A stretch of DNA of 64,000 nucleotides from Vicinamibacterales bacterium (GCA_035250005.1 DATFFM010000106.1:9723-73722); one strand, 5' to 3'. Counted from the first letter of the stretch, positions 45,125 through 56,955 are shown. Numbers and translations: made by a program. The notes: generated by a model not told the origin, from the letters alone.

Positions 45125-45149
45125 ACGTATCGTTAGACGATACGTATGC
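45121..45149. promoter_or_regulatory. perfect 29-bp palindrome GCATACGTATCG-TTAGA-CGATACGTATGC (candidate PadR operator)
   Basis: Read directly. Contains two copies of the self-complementary octamer ATACGTAT. The padR start codon (45124-45122) lies inside one arm. Confidence 0.6.
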
Positions 45150-45200
45150 CGGTTTGGTTCGCAGCAGTCCCGCGTGGATTTGGCAGGCCCGCGGCGCTTG

Positions 45201-45218
45201 GCAGGCCTGAAGGCCTGC
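45201..45218 (-). terminator. stem-loop GCAGGCC-TGAA-GGCCTGC downstream of the PQQ-propeller gene
   Basis: Perfect 7-bp GC stem with tetraloop, 29 nt after stop 45247. No clear U-tract, so termination function is uncertain. Confidence 0.35.
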
Positions 45219-45246
45219 GCTACACGCCCGCCGGCAGGCCCCTCGG

Positions 45247-46656
45247 CTACGGTTTCCCGAAGCAGTACAACGTATTCAGCGTCCGCAGGTAGATCCTGCC
45301 GTCCACCAGCGCCGGCGTGGCGTAGATGCCGTCCTGCAGGTCGTTGACAGCAAGGGGCTCGATCTTCGGCCCGGGCGGCAGCACGAACACCTGCCCCTTC
45401 TCGCTGGCGATGTAGACCTTGCCGTCGCCGGCCACCGGTGACGCGTAGAACGTGTCGCTCCCGCCCGGCAGCCGTCCCTGCTTCAACAACTCCCCCGACG
45501 CCGGGTTCAGCATCGTCAGGATCCCGCCGTTGTCGTTCACCATGTAGAGGACGTCCTCGTAGATGAGCGGCGACGGCAGCTGCGGGATCCCGCGGTGGTA
45601 CTTCCACTTCACCGACTTTGCGGTCATGTCGCCGCTGCCGCCCATCTGGATCGCGAGGATCCCGTTGTCGGACTCCATGGCGGCCTTGTAGTAGTCCCAG
45701 TCCTCGCGCGACCACAGCTTGTCGCCGTCGAGGTCCATGAACGAGAAGTACGCCTTCGCGTGCTTGCTGGGGGCTTCTTCGCGCGACAGCTTGCCGTCGC
45801 CGTTGGCGTCGGCCTTGAACGCTTCGGCGGTCGTCATGACTTCGATCTTGCTGCCCGGGTTGTTCTCGGGGGATCCGAAGCCGTTGATGTACACGACATC
45901 CCCCTTGACGACCGGCGTGGACTTCATTTCGAAGGAGAGGCCGCCCACCCACCAGAGCCGCTGGCCGTTCGCGGGATCGTAGGCACTCAGCAGGAACGAG
46001 CCCGGCACGATGAGCTGCGGTCGGCCGCCGCGAGGCGTCCAGAGGATCGGGGTCGAATGGCCGCTCTTCGCTTCGGGACGAAGCGTCTTCCAGCGCGGCT
46101 TGCCGGTCGTCTTGTCCCACGCGGCGACGTACGAGTTGGTGCTCTGGTCGCAGACCAGGATCACGTTGTCGCCGACGATGAGCGGCGACGCGCCCATGCC
46201 GTAGATGTTGTTGAAGGGCCCGAGCGGCTGCTTCCAGAGCTCCTTGCCGTTCACGTCGTAGGTGATCAGACCGTAGTCGCCGAAGAAGACGCTCACGTGC
46301 TTGCCGTCCGTGGCGGCGGATGCGGCCGCCGGACGGTTTCGCTTGTCCAGCTTTTCGGTCCGCGCGCGCGGCGCAGTCCGTTCCCACAGAACCTTGCCGT
46401 TGGTCCGGTCCACGGCGAGAGTCACCAGGTTCTCGCCCCGGAGAGCGGTCAGAAAGATGCGGTCCCCGTGAATGACCGGCGAGGAGTAACCCTGCGGCAG
46501 ATCCACCTTCCAGATGACGTTCTTGTCGGGCCCGAACTCGGCCGGCAATCCCCTGGTTTCAGAGATCCCCGAGCCGTTGGGTCCGCGGAAGCGGGACCAG
46601 TCGGTATCGGATGCCGCGGCAACCACCGTCAACGCGAGTAAGAGCAGATGGAACAC
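45247..46656 (-). CDS. secreted PQQ-like (BamB-like) beta-propeller protein with an inserted EF-hand pair
   Basis: Signal MFHLLLLALTVVAAA; repeated propeller blades (VYASPVAGDGKVY...); DANGDGKLSREE and DLDGDKLWSRED Ca-binding loops. GTG start 3 nt after the ADOP stop. Confidence 0.8.
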   Translation of the reverse strand: MFHLLLLALTVVAAASDTDWSRFRGPNGSGISETRGLPAEFGPDKNVIWKVDLPQGYSSPVIHGDRIFLTALRGENLVTLAVDRTNGKVLWERTAPRARTEKLDKRNRPAAASAATDGKHVSVFFGDYGLITYDVNGKELWKQPLGPFNNIYGMGASPLIVGDNVILVCDQSTNSYVAAWDKTTGKPRWKTLRPEAKSGHSTPILWTPRGGRPQLIVPGSFLLSAYDPANGQRLWWVGGLSFEMKSTPVVKGDVVYINGFGSPENNPGSKIEVMTTAEAFKADANGDGKLSREEAPSKHAKAYFSFMDLDGDKLWSREDWDYYKAAMESDNGILAIQMGGSGDMTAKSVKWKYHRGIPQLPSPLIYEDVLYMVNDNGGILTMLNPASGELLKQGRLPGGSDTFYASPVAGDGKVYIASEKGQVFVLPPGPKIEPLAVNDLQDGIYATPALVDGRIYLRTLNTLYCFGKP

Positions 46657-46659
46657 GTT

Positions 46660-49062
46660 TCACTCCGAACGCAGGGCAACAAGCGGATCCACCGAGACCG
46701 CGCGCCGCACCGGCACGTAGGCCGCCACCAGTGCCACGAGCGACAGGATCACGACGACCGCCCCATACGTCGCCGGATCCGACGGTGACACCTGAAACAA
46801 CAGGCTCGCCGCCAACATCCTCCCGAGCACGGCGCCGCCGGTCAGGCCGATGGCGCCCCCGACCAGGACGAGCACCACCGTCTGCCGCACGATCATACGG
46901 CGAATGTCTCCCCCGGCGGCGCCGAGCGCCATGCGGATGCCGATTTCCTGGTATCGCTGGCTGACCGAGTACGACACCACGCCGTACAGTCCAGACGCCG
47001 CAAGCACCAGCGCCAGCGCGCCGAATGCGATGAACATCCCCATCAGGATCCGGCTGGTCGACATCTCGTCGTCGAAGACCTCTTCGAGCGTGCGGATCTC
47101 GCGGACCGGGACGTCAGGGTCGAGTGCACGCACCTCCGCCCGGGCCGACGCTATGAGCCGGCTCGCATCCGTCGCCCGGACCAGCACCGCCATCGTCGAG
47201 CGGGGATCCTGTCGCGCCGGTAGGTAGATCTGCGGATTGACGCTCCGAAGATCGGCCCGCAGCACGTTGCCAGTCACGCCGACGACGGTCAGCCGGCGAT
47301 CGTCTCCCTCGAGTTGCAGCCGCCGACCGAGGGCTCCCGCCTCCCCGCCCCAGTACCGCCGGGCCATTTCGGCATTGATGATCGCGACTCGCATCGCGAG
47401 GTCGTTGTCGGACGGAGCGAAGGGGCGGCCGGCAAGGACCGGGATGCCCGCGGTCGAGAAGAATCGCTCGCTCACCCGGGCCGGCACCGCCCACGCACGG
47501 TCCTGGGGACGGGCTGGTTCAAAGCCCTCGACCCGGATCGCGGCTACCGCCTCGGAGCCTACTACCGGCAGGCGATCGGTCGTGGCAGCGTCGCGGGCAG
47601 CGGGCAGCGCGGTGAGTCGAGTCAACAGCTGGTCCTGGAACTGCCGGATCGAGGCTGGAGTCGTGTATCGCCAGTGAGGCAGCTCGATTCGGATGGTGAG
47701 CAGGTCGCCGCGGTCGAACCCGAGCGGCGCCCGGTTGATCTCAACCATCGTCCGCACGAGCAATCCCGAGACGATCAGCAGCATCATCGCCAGGGCCAGT
47801 TGCGCAACCACCAGCGCCGAGCGGCTCCGGCGGCCGCGCTGCCCGCCGGCGCGATTCGAGCTGTCTTTCAACGCTTCCTGCAGGTCAGGATTTGACGCCT
47901 GGAGGGCGGGAAGCAGGCTGAAGACCAGCGGCGTGACGATCGCGAGCACGCCCGTAAAGAGGAGGACGGTTCGGTCGATGACGACCAGTTTGAAGAACGG
48001 CTCGTAGGCGGCCGCGCGAATCAGGATGAGCCCGCCGTAGGCCACGAGCAGGCCGAGCAGCCCGCCGGCCGCGGCGAGAAGCATGCTCTCGGTCAGCAGC
48101 TGGCGCACCATGCGTGCCCGGCTGGCACCGAGCGCCCCCCGGACGGCCAGTTCGCGCCGGCGTCCCGTTGCCCGTGCGAGAACGAGGTTTGCGATGTTCG
48201 CGCAGGCAATCACCAGCACGAACCCGACGACGGTGATGAGCAGCGCCAGGATCCGCCAGGTATCGCCGCCGGTCATCGCCTCCTTCGCCGGTGCGAGACG
48301 GGCCTCCCAGCCGGCATTTGTCGCCGGGTGATCGGACTGCAGCCGGCGCGAGACGTCACGCACCGCCGCGGCGGCCTGCTCGAAGCTCACACCCGGCTTC
48401 AACCGCCCACTCACACGGAGATTGCGCTGGTCGCGCGGGACCGCAGGATCGAGCGTGATCGGTACCCAGACATCGATCAGGCTCAGGTTGCCGATTTCGA
48501 TGTCGGGCTGCAGCACTCCGATGACCGCATGCGGCCGGCCGTTGAGCACGAGCGATTGGCCGACGACGGAAGCGTCGGCGTTGAAGCGCCGAACCCAGAA
48601 ATGGTGACTGAGCATGACGACCGGCGCTGCACCGGGCAGGTCGTCCCGCGGGCCGAACGCGCGCCCTGTCCGTGTCTCGAGACCCCAGGTGTCGGGCAGA
48701 TTGGCCGTGACGCTGGACCCGACGAGGGCCTCGGCGTCCCCCCTTCCCGTCATCGTGAACGCCGAAGCCGTATAACCGGCAATCGACTCGAACGATTCGA
48801 GCGACGCGCGGTAATCGAGGAGCTCGCTGACCGACAGCGGCCCCCGGCTGCCGCCCCGTTGTGGATCGTTCAGGAAAATCCAGCCGAGGGTGTCATGATC
48901 CTTGAGAGGCAGAGGTCTGAGGGCGAGGACGTTGGCGAAGCTGAAGATGACTGTGTTGGCGCCGATCGCCAGCGCCAGAGTCGAAGCGATGAGCAGCGCG
49001 TAGCCCGGCTGACGCCACACGATGCGGGCGCCAAAGCGAAGATCCTGTAGCAGTGCACGCAT
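46660..49062 (-). CDS. ADOP-type duplicated FtsX/MacB-like permease
   Basis: MRALLQDLRFGARIVWRQPGYALLIASTLALAIGANTVIFS; two FtsX halves (IACANIANLVLARATGRRRELAVRGALGA; RYQEIGIRMALGA). AGGAGG SD. Confidence 0.85.
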   Translation of the reverse strand: MRALLQDLRFGARIVWRQPGYALLIASTLALAIGANTVIFSFANVLALRPLPLKDHDTLGWIFLNDPQRGGSRGPLSVSELLDYRASLESFESIAGYTASAFTMTGRGDAEALVGSSVTANLPDTWGLETRTGRAFGPRDDLPGAAPVVMLSHHFWVRRFNADASVVGQSLVLNGRPHAVIGVLQPDIEIGNLSLIDVWVPITLDPAVPRDQRNLRVSGRLKPGVSFEQAAAAVRDVSRRLQSDHPATNAGWEARLAPAKEAMTGGDTWRILALLITVVGFVLVIACANIANLVLARATGRRRELAVRGALGASRARMVRQLLTESMLLAAAGGLLGLLVAYGGLILIRAAAYEPFFKLVVIDRTVLLFTGVLAIVTPLVFSLLPALQASNPDLQEALKDSSNRAGGQRGRRSRSALVVAQLALAMMLLIVSGLLVRTMVEINRAPLGFDRGDLLTIRIELPHWRYTTPASIRQFQDQLLTRLTALPAARDAATTDRLPVVGSEAVAAIRVEGFEPARPQDRAWAVPARVSERFFSTAGIPVLAGRPFAPSDNDLAMRVAIINAEMARRYWGGEAGALGRRLQLEGDDRRLTVVGVTGNVLRADLRSVNPQIYLPARQDPRSTMAVLVRATDASRLIASARAEVRALDPDVPVREIRTLEEVFDDEMSTSRILMGMFIAFGALALVLAASGLYGVVSYSVSQRYQEIGIRMALGAAGGDIRRMIVRQTVVLVLVGGAIGLTGGAVLGRMLAASLLFQVSPSDPATYGAVVVILSLVALVAAYVPVRRAVSVDPLVALRSE

Positions 49063-49092
49063 GAGAGCCTCCTACGAGCGCCTCAGCTGGCC

Positions 49093-49234
49093 AATCGCTA
49101 ATCCCTAATCCCTAATCCTTGATCGGATCTTTCACGGCATCCTAGACCGAAACGACCATCCAAGCCCTGGTCGCGGCCACAAGCGGGGACTGAAGATCGT
49201 GATCGCGATCAGGGATCAGGGATTAGAGATCTTC
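49093..49234. repeat. second (A/G)ATCCCT-family locus: 4-5 units (49093-49127) and an inverted arm (49195-49234) about 70 nt apart
   Basis: AATCGCT AATCCCT AATCCCT AATCCTT GATCGGA ... GATCGCGATCAGG GATCAGG GATTAGA GATCTTC. The right arm contains the stop and last codons of the FGE-like gene. GAAGATC/GATCTTC form an additional inverted pair. Confidence 0.8.
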
Positions 49235-50049
49235 AGCGCGGCTTGCCCTCCATCCCGGCGCGCGAGCACGACGCGGAAGCCGATGCAGCCGTCGTGGGCG
49301 TCCGGTTGGCTCCCGTAGCGCCACCAGACCGTGCAGTGCAGGTCCCAGTTGTGGTGGCACCCGCCGCGCAGCCGCCGCTCGGCACCGGGTCCCGGGTAGG
49401 GACGCCCATCAGCGGGGACCGCGTCGATGCTGTCGGTACAGACGTCCTGGCACCACTCCCATACATTGCCCGACATGTCGTAGAGGCCGAGCCGATTCGG
49501 CGCCTTGGTCGCGACCGGATGCGTGCGAGTGACTGGCTTACGGTGTGGAAGGCTGTTCGCGAGGCGCCACGCGATGCGCCAACCGAAGAGCTGGACCAGA
49601 CCCTGGTGCGCGCGCGTCCAGCGCGGACCGTACCAGGCCACCGCGTCGGGATCGTGGCTTCCGCTGAACGCAACCCCGTCGCGCCAATGGGGCCCGCCGC
49701 GTGCGGCGTACTCCCATTCGGTTTCGGACGGAAGACGGAAGCGGAGGTCGGCGTCGCCGGCGGCGAGCGCCGGCAGGATCTCGCTCGCGTCGAGCCGGTC
49801 GAAAAAGCCGCCCGGCCCCGTGATGTGCTCCCAGGACACGTTCTCCACCGGGCAGCGAAGATCCGGCCGCGCGGCCGGATTGGACCCCATCACGAGCTGC
49901 CAGAGCGCCTGGGTCACCGGGGTTGTCGCGATGAAGAACCCCGGCACGTCCACTGCACGGCCCGTCCGGCCCGTGCCCGAACCGGTACGGACTGCCATCG
50001 GTGCCCGGCACCCACACGAGCCCGAGCTCGTGCTCGCCTGAGTCGTCAC
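49216..50049 (-). CDS. formylglycine-generating-enzyme (SUMF1/EgtB/PvdO) family protein; N-terminus apparently in another frame
   Basis: GNVWEWCQD, RRLRGGCHHNW, GCIGFRVVLA. The expected N-terminal strand (LGLVWVPG...) and a GAAGG SD plus ATG 50074 lie in a different frame (track ORF 49538..50074). Confidence 0.6.
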   Translation of the reverse strand: MTTQASTSSGSCGCRAPMAVRTGSGTGRTGRAVDVPGFFIATTPVTQALWQLVMGSNPAARPDLRCPVENVSWEHITGPGGFFDRLDASEILPALAAGDADLRFRLPSETEWEYAARGGPHWRDGVAFSGSHDPDAVAWYGPRWTRAHQGLVQLFGWRIAWRLANSLPHRKPVTRTHPVATKAPNRLGLYDMSGNVWEWCQDVCTDSIDAVPADGRPYPGPGAERRLRGGCHHNWDLHCTVWWRYGSQPDAHDGCIGFRVVLARRDGGQAALKISNP

Positions 50050-50169
50050 GCCAGCAAAAGCGCCGCGAATCCATTATGGGCCTTCACTCTAGCGCTCGAG
50101 CGTCTGCGCGAGAACCGGCCGTGTCTGACCGAGCTCGGCTTCGAGCGCTTCGCCCATGCACGCTCCGTT

Positions 50170-51882
50170 CTAGCGTGTGATTACCTTGCCCGGGAGCGCC
50201 CACGTGAGCTTCGAGCCGTCGACGACGGCGACGCCGTTGACGAACACGTGCTCGACGCCTTCGGAATACTGATGGGGCTCGAAGAAGGTCGCCTTGTCGC
50301 GGATCGTCGCGAGATCGAAGATGACGATGTCGGCGGCCATGCCTTCGCGGATGAGGCCGCGATCCTTCAGGCCCATGATCAGCGCGGGCAGCGACGTCGA
50401 CGAACGGATGGCGTGCTCGACCGAGATGGCGCCGCGGTCGATCGCGTAGTGCCGGATCTTGCGCGTGAAGCTGCCGTAGAAACGCGCGTGCGTCGAAGGG
50501 GGGCCGTCCGGCAGCGCGATCCCGGCGTCGGTCGATGTGGCCACCCACGGCTGGCGCGCGAATGCCTCCATGTCGTTTTCGTGCATCGAGAAGCCGCGCA
50601 TGCGCGCGCCGCCGGAACGGTCTGGCAGCCCCTCGAGCTGAATCCGGATCGCGGCTTCGACCGGATCGACGCGCCACAGCTTCGCGATCTCCGCGAGCGA
50701 CTTGCCGTAGAGGGTCTTGTCGGGATAGTCGTAGACGACGATGTTGTCGGCGCCGCCGCGTCGGGCGATCTCGTGCGCGATGTCAGAGCGCACGGTTTTT
50801 GCCTTTACCGGATCCGCGAGCGTGCGGCGCAGCGCGTCAGCGCGCGGATTCGCGGCCTGCGGCTGCGGGACCTGCGGATCTCCGTCCGGCCGCGTGGCCC
50901 ACGCCGGGATGAGCACGGTCGATCCATCCGTGCCGCTGGTCGGATACGGGTACTGGTCGGACCAGACGTCCACGCCGCGCTGCCGGGCGCGTTCGATCAG
51001 ACTGATCGCGGCGCCGCTCGATCCCCAGTAGTTCGCGCCTTTGGCCTTGATGTGCGACGCGACCACACGCGCTCCTGATTTTTCGCCGATCTCGATCGTC
51101 TCGCGCACCGCGTCGAGCAGCGTCGGCGGGCCGGGGCCGTCCTGGCTGGGCACGTACCAGAGCGGATCGCTGCCTTCGCTCCGCTCGTGCGAGATGTAGA
51201 CACCGTCGAACGCCGGCAGTTCTTTCGCGAGCTCGACCACTTCGGAGGTCTCGCTCCAGCGTCCCGGCTCGTACTCGAGGCCGGCCGACAGTCCGACCGC
51301 GCCTTCCTGCAGCCCCTGCCGCACCAGCGTGCGCATCTGCGTGACTTCTTCCGCCGTCGCGGGCCGCCGCGCGTCGCGTCCGATCACCTGTGACCTGACG
51401 GCACCGTGCCCCACCATCAGCATGGTGTTCGGGCCGATCCCGTTCTTCTCGATCAGCTCGCGCTGCGCCTTGATCGGCCAGGGGGATCGCCCGTCGTGAT
51501 TGACGACGACCGTGGTGATGCCCTGGGACACGAGATTCGGCGCCGCGCGCACCTGGGGGTTGTCGTCGCGAAACCCACCTCGGGCCCGCCCCCCATCGTC
51601 GGCGTGAGAGTGGATGTCGATGAACCCGGGGGATACGAACTTGCCGCTCGCGTCGATCACGCGCGCTGCCTTCGCGTCGCCGAGCCGCCCCACCGCAACG
51701 ATTCTTCCGCCGCGCACGGCGATGTCGGCCGGGAACGCCGGGTTACCCGTGCCGTCGAAGACGCGGCCATTCTTTATCAGCAGCTCGAATGGTTGCGGTT
51801 GCGAGGCGCTGGGGGCCTGGGCAGCGACCGCTGCCGCGAACACCGACGCGAACAACCCGCCGATGAGGAACCAGTTCTTCAT
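50170..51882 (-). CDS. N-acyl-D-amino-acid deacylase (D-aminoacylase) family amidohydrolase, secreted
   Basis: Signal MKNWFLIGGLFASVFAAAVAAQA; PGFIDIHSHADDG metal-binding motif; ~570 aa. Confidence 0.8.
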   Translation of the reverse strand: MKNWFLIGGLFASVFAAAVAAQAPSASQPQPFELLIKNGRVFDGTGNPAFPADIAVRGGRIVAVGRLGDAKAARVIDASGKFVSPGFIDIHSHADDGGRARGGFRDDNPQVRAAPNLVSQGITTVVVNHDGRSPWPIKAQRELIEKNGIGPNTMLMVGHGAVRSQVIGRDARRPATAEEVTQMRTLVRQGLQEGAVGLSAGLEYEPGRWSETSEVVELAKELPAFDGVYISHERSEGSDPLWYVPSQDGPGPPTLLDAVRETIEIGEKSGARVVASHIKAKGANYWGSSGAAISLIERARQRGVDVWSDQYPYPTSGTDGSTVLIPAWATRPDGDPQVPQPQAANPRADALRRTLADPVKAKTVRSDIAHEIARRGGADNIVVYDYPDKTLYGKSLAEIAKLWRVDPVEAAIRIQLEGLPDRSGGARMRGFSMHENDMEAFARQPWVATSTDAGIALPDGPPSTHARFYGSFTRKIRHYAIDRGAISVEHAIRSSTSLPALIMGLKDRGLIREGMAADIVIFDLATIRDKATFFEPHQYSEGVEHVFVNGVAVVDGSKLTWALPGKVITR

Positions 51883-51926
51883 GGGCGAGAGATTACTACG
51901 GCGGACTCAACATTGACTGAATCCCC

Positions 51927-54344
51927 CTAGTCGTTGCGCAGCGACTCGATCGGATCCACGCGGCTCGCGCGGCGCGCCGGCACGTAACTCGCCAGCATGC
52001 CGATCCCGACCATCATGATCGACATCGCAACGAACACGACGGGGTCCACCGCGCTGACCTCATAGAGCAGCGCGTCCAGCAGACGCGTGGACGCCGCCGC
52101 CACGGCAACTCCAGCGACCGCGCCGATCAGAACCACCCGGGCACCTTGCGAGACCACCATCCGCCGCACCGAGCCGGCCGTCGCGCCGAGCGCCATGCGC
52201 ACACCGATCTCCCGCGTCCGCTGGGCGACCACGTACGACAGGACGCCGTACAGGCCCACTGCGCCCAGTATCATTGCGAGCCCCGAAACGACGCCGAGCG
52301 TCAGCATCGTGAACGACAGCTGCACCACGGATCGCTGCGCCAGGAACTCCATGGTGAACTCACGGTACACCGGCGCCTCCGGCGCCACCTGCCGCACGAG
52401 CTGCCGCACTTCGCGGCCCAGGCTCGACGCGCGCGGCGACTTGACCACGTACGCCGGCGACCCCATCGCCCATGCGGTCGGTGCCGGTCCCGTCAGCGGG
52501 AAGTAGACAACGGCCTCGCCGGCATCGCGCCAATCGTCCTGCTTCACGTCCTCGACCAGGCCCACCACGGTGAACCACTGGGCCGGGGTGGCCGCGCGAC
52601 GAATGCGCTGACCAATCGGATCCTGATTTGGCCAGAGCCGCTCGGCCGTCGACCGGCTGATGATGACGTTGCTATTCACCAGCACGGCCTCGTCGCTCGA
52701 GAACGGGCGTCCGCGGAGAAGATCGATCCCCATCACGCGGAAGTAGTCGCCGCCGGTGAAGTTCTGGTCGAGCAGCGCTCCGCCGCCCTGCGGGTCCATG
52801 GCCTCGGTGAGGAACCGCGCCGAGCCGGTCCCTTCGTCGAGCGGGATGTTGTTGACCACGCCAACGCCGGTGACGCCCGGGAGGGCCCGGAGGCGATCCA
52901 TGAAGTCCAGGTGGAGCCGTCCCCAGCTCGGCCCGTCGGTGAGGTGCGGCTGATCGGGCGCGAACTGGAAGGTATAGATGTCGGCGGTGTCGTAGCCGGG
53001 ATCCACGGTGCGCAACCGCTGAAAGCTCTGTACGAGCAGCGCTGAGCCGATCAGCAGCACCAGCGCGAGCGCCGTCTGCCCGACGACGAGCACGTCCCGT
53101 CCGAAGTGGCGGCGGCCGGTGCTGCCGCGGGACCCCTCACGCAAGCGATTGAAGTCCGGCGACGAGGCGTGCAGAGCGGGCATCGCGCCGCATACCAGCG
53201 CGACCAGCACCACGAGGACGAAAGCGGCCGCCACCGTCTGCAGGTCGAGCCCTACGAGGCCAAGCCGTGGGATACCCGTCGGGGCGGCGCGCAGAAAGAG
53301 GGGGAGCGTCAGCGCGCTGAGGATCACGGCGAGCCCGCCCGCCAGCAGGGCGACGATAAACGCTTCGACCATCTGAAGTCTGACGAGCTGAGCCCGCGAG
53401 GCGCCGATCGCGCGGCGCACCGCCAGGTCGCGGCGGCGGCCCTCGGCGCGGACCAGGAAGAGATTGGCGACGTTGGCGCAGGCAATGAGGAGCACGAGCG
53501 ACACCGCCCCCAGCAACACCCACAAGGACGTGGTGGCGGTGGGACCGACCATACGCTCGAGCAGCGGGTCGACCACCGCGCTGTGCTGTTCGATGATCCG
53601 GGCGTAGTTGGGCGGCCCGCCGAACCGCGCGGGCAGCTCCTTCGAGAGCCTCGTGAGTTCGGCGGCCAGCTGCTCGCGCGTAACCCCCGGCTTCATCCGC
53701 GCGATCAAGGGAGGGCCGAGCTGCCCCGGACGAATCTCGGCGGCCCGGACCTCGCCGGCCACCCAGAGGAGCGTTGCGTCGTTCGGGAAGTGGAACTCTG
53801 GCGGCATGACGCCGATGACTTCCCGCATCTCCCCCGAGATGAAGTACCTCCTCCCGATGACGCCGGGGTCGCGGCCGAACCAGCTGGTCCAGAGCTGGTC
53901 GCTGATCAGGACGACGCGATCCTCATCGTCGGACACGGGGAGGCGCCCGATCTGCGGGCGCGCGCCGAGCGTGGCGTAGATGTCGTTGGTCGGAAACGCC
54001 ATCGGGATCCGTTCGACCCGGTCCTCGGTGCGCAGCGTCGAGGTTCCTCCGCCGAACAGAAAGATGCCGTCGAGAAGCTGCGAGCGCTCCCTGGAATGGA
54101 GATAGAACTCGCTGCCGAGGCCGAAGCGGTCAGGGAGATCCGACCCTGGCGCAGTGCCTGAGACGACGACGAGGCGGTCGGAGTCGGGGAAGGGGAGCGG
54201 CCGCAGCAGGACCGTGCTGACAACGTTGAACATCCCGACCACCGCACCGATGGCGAGGGCCAGTGTGACGACTGACGTGACGAGAAAGCCCGGTGTGCGG
54301 AGAAGCGCCCGCCAGGCGTGCCGGAAGTCCGACGTCCACTGCAT
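51927..54344 (-). CDS. ADOP-type duplicated FtsX/MacB-like permease
   Basis: ATG 54344 gives MQWTSDFRHAWRALLRTPGFLVTSVVTLALAIGA. Two FtsX halves (IACANVANLFLVRAEGRRRDLAVRRAIGA; RTREIGVRMALGA). The upstream 100 aa of the track ORF are Ala/Pro/Ser-rich and discarded. Confidence 0.85.
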   Translation of the reverse strand: MQWTSDFRHAWRALLRTPGFLVTSVVTLALAIGAVVGMFNVVSTVLLRPLPFPDSDRLVVVSGTAPGSDLPDRFGLGSEFYLHSRERSQLLDGIFLFGGGTSTLRTEDRVERIPMAFPTNDIYATLGARPQIGRLPVSDDEDRVVLISDQLWTSWFGRDPGVIGRRYFISGEMREVIGVMPPEFHFPNDATLLWVAGEVRAAEIRPGQLGPPLIARMKPGVTREQLAAELTRLSKELPARFGGPPNYARIIEQHSAVVDPLLERMVGPTATTSLWVLLGAVSLVLLIACANVANLFLVRAEGRRRDLAVRRAIGASRAQLVRLQMVEAFIVALLAGGLAVILSALTLPLFLRAAPTGIPRLGLVGLDLQTVAAAFVLVVLVALVCGAMPALHASSPDFNRLREGSRGSTGRRHFGRDVLVVGQTALALVLLIGSALLVQSFQRLRTVDPGYDTADIYTFQFAPDQPHLTDGPSWGRLHLDFMDRLRALPGVTGVGVVNNIPLDEGTGSARFLTEAMDPQGGGALLDQNFTGGDYFRVMGIDLLRGRPFSSDEAVLVNSNVIISRSTAERLWPNQDPIGQRIRRAATPAQWFTVVGLVEDVKQDDWRDAGEAVVYFPLTGPAPTAWAMGSPAYVVKSPRASSLGREVRQLVRQVAPEAPVYREFTMEFLAQRSVVQLSFTMLTLGVVSGLAMILGAVGLYGVLSYVVAQRTREIGVRMALGATAGSVRRMVVSQGARVVLIGAVAGVAVAAASTRLLDALLYEVSAVDPVVFVAMSIMMVGIGMLASYVPARRASRVDPIESLRND

Positions 54345-54492
54345 GATCACCTTCGTGCCCCTCCCGGGACTGGGAGATTCGACGGTGATAACGGTCCGGA
54401 AGTTTGCTGCGGTTGCGGCATGCTCCGTGCAAGCCGGCGAACTCGCAGCCGGGCGATCCGCCAGGCTCGAGGGGCGGGCAGGAAGCCCAGCC

Positions 54493-56874
<2,382 letters not shown>

Positions 56875-56955
56875 ATGGAGAGTACGAAGATAGCAGACTC
56901 TGTCAATTGCGGATTGGATACTTCGGCTCGCCGCGACCGGCGCTAGACTCGCCTC

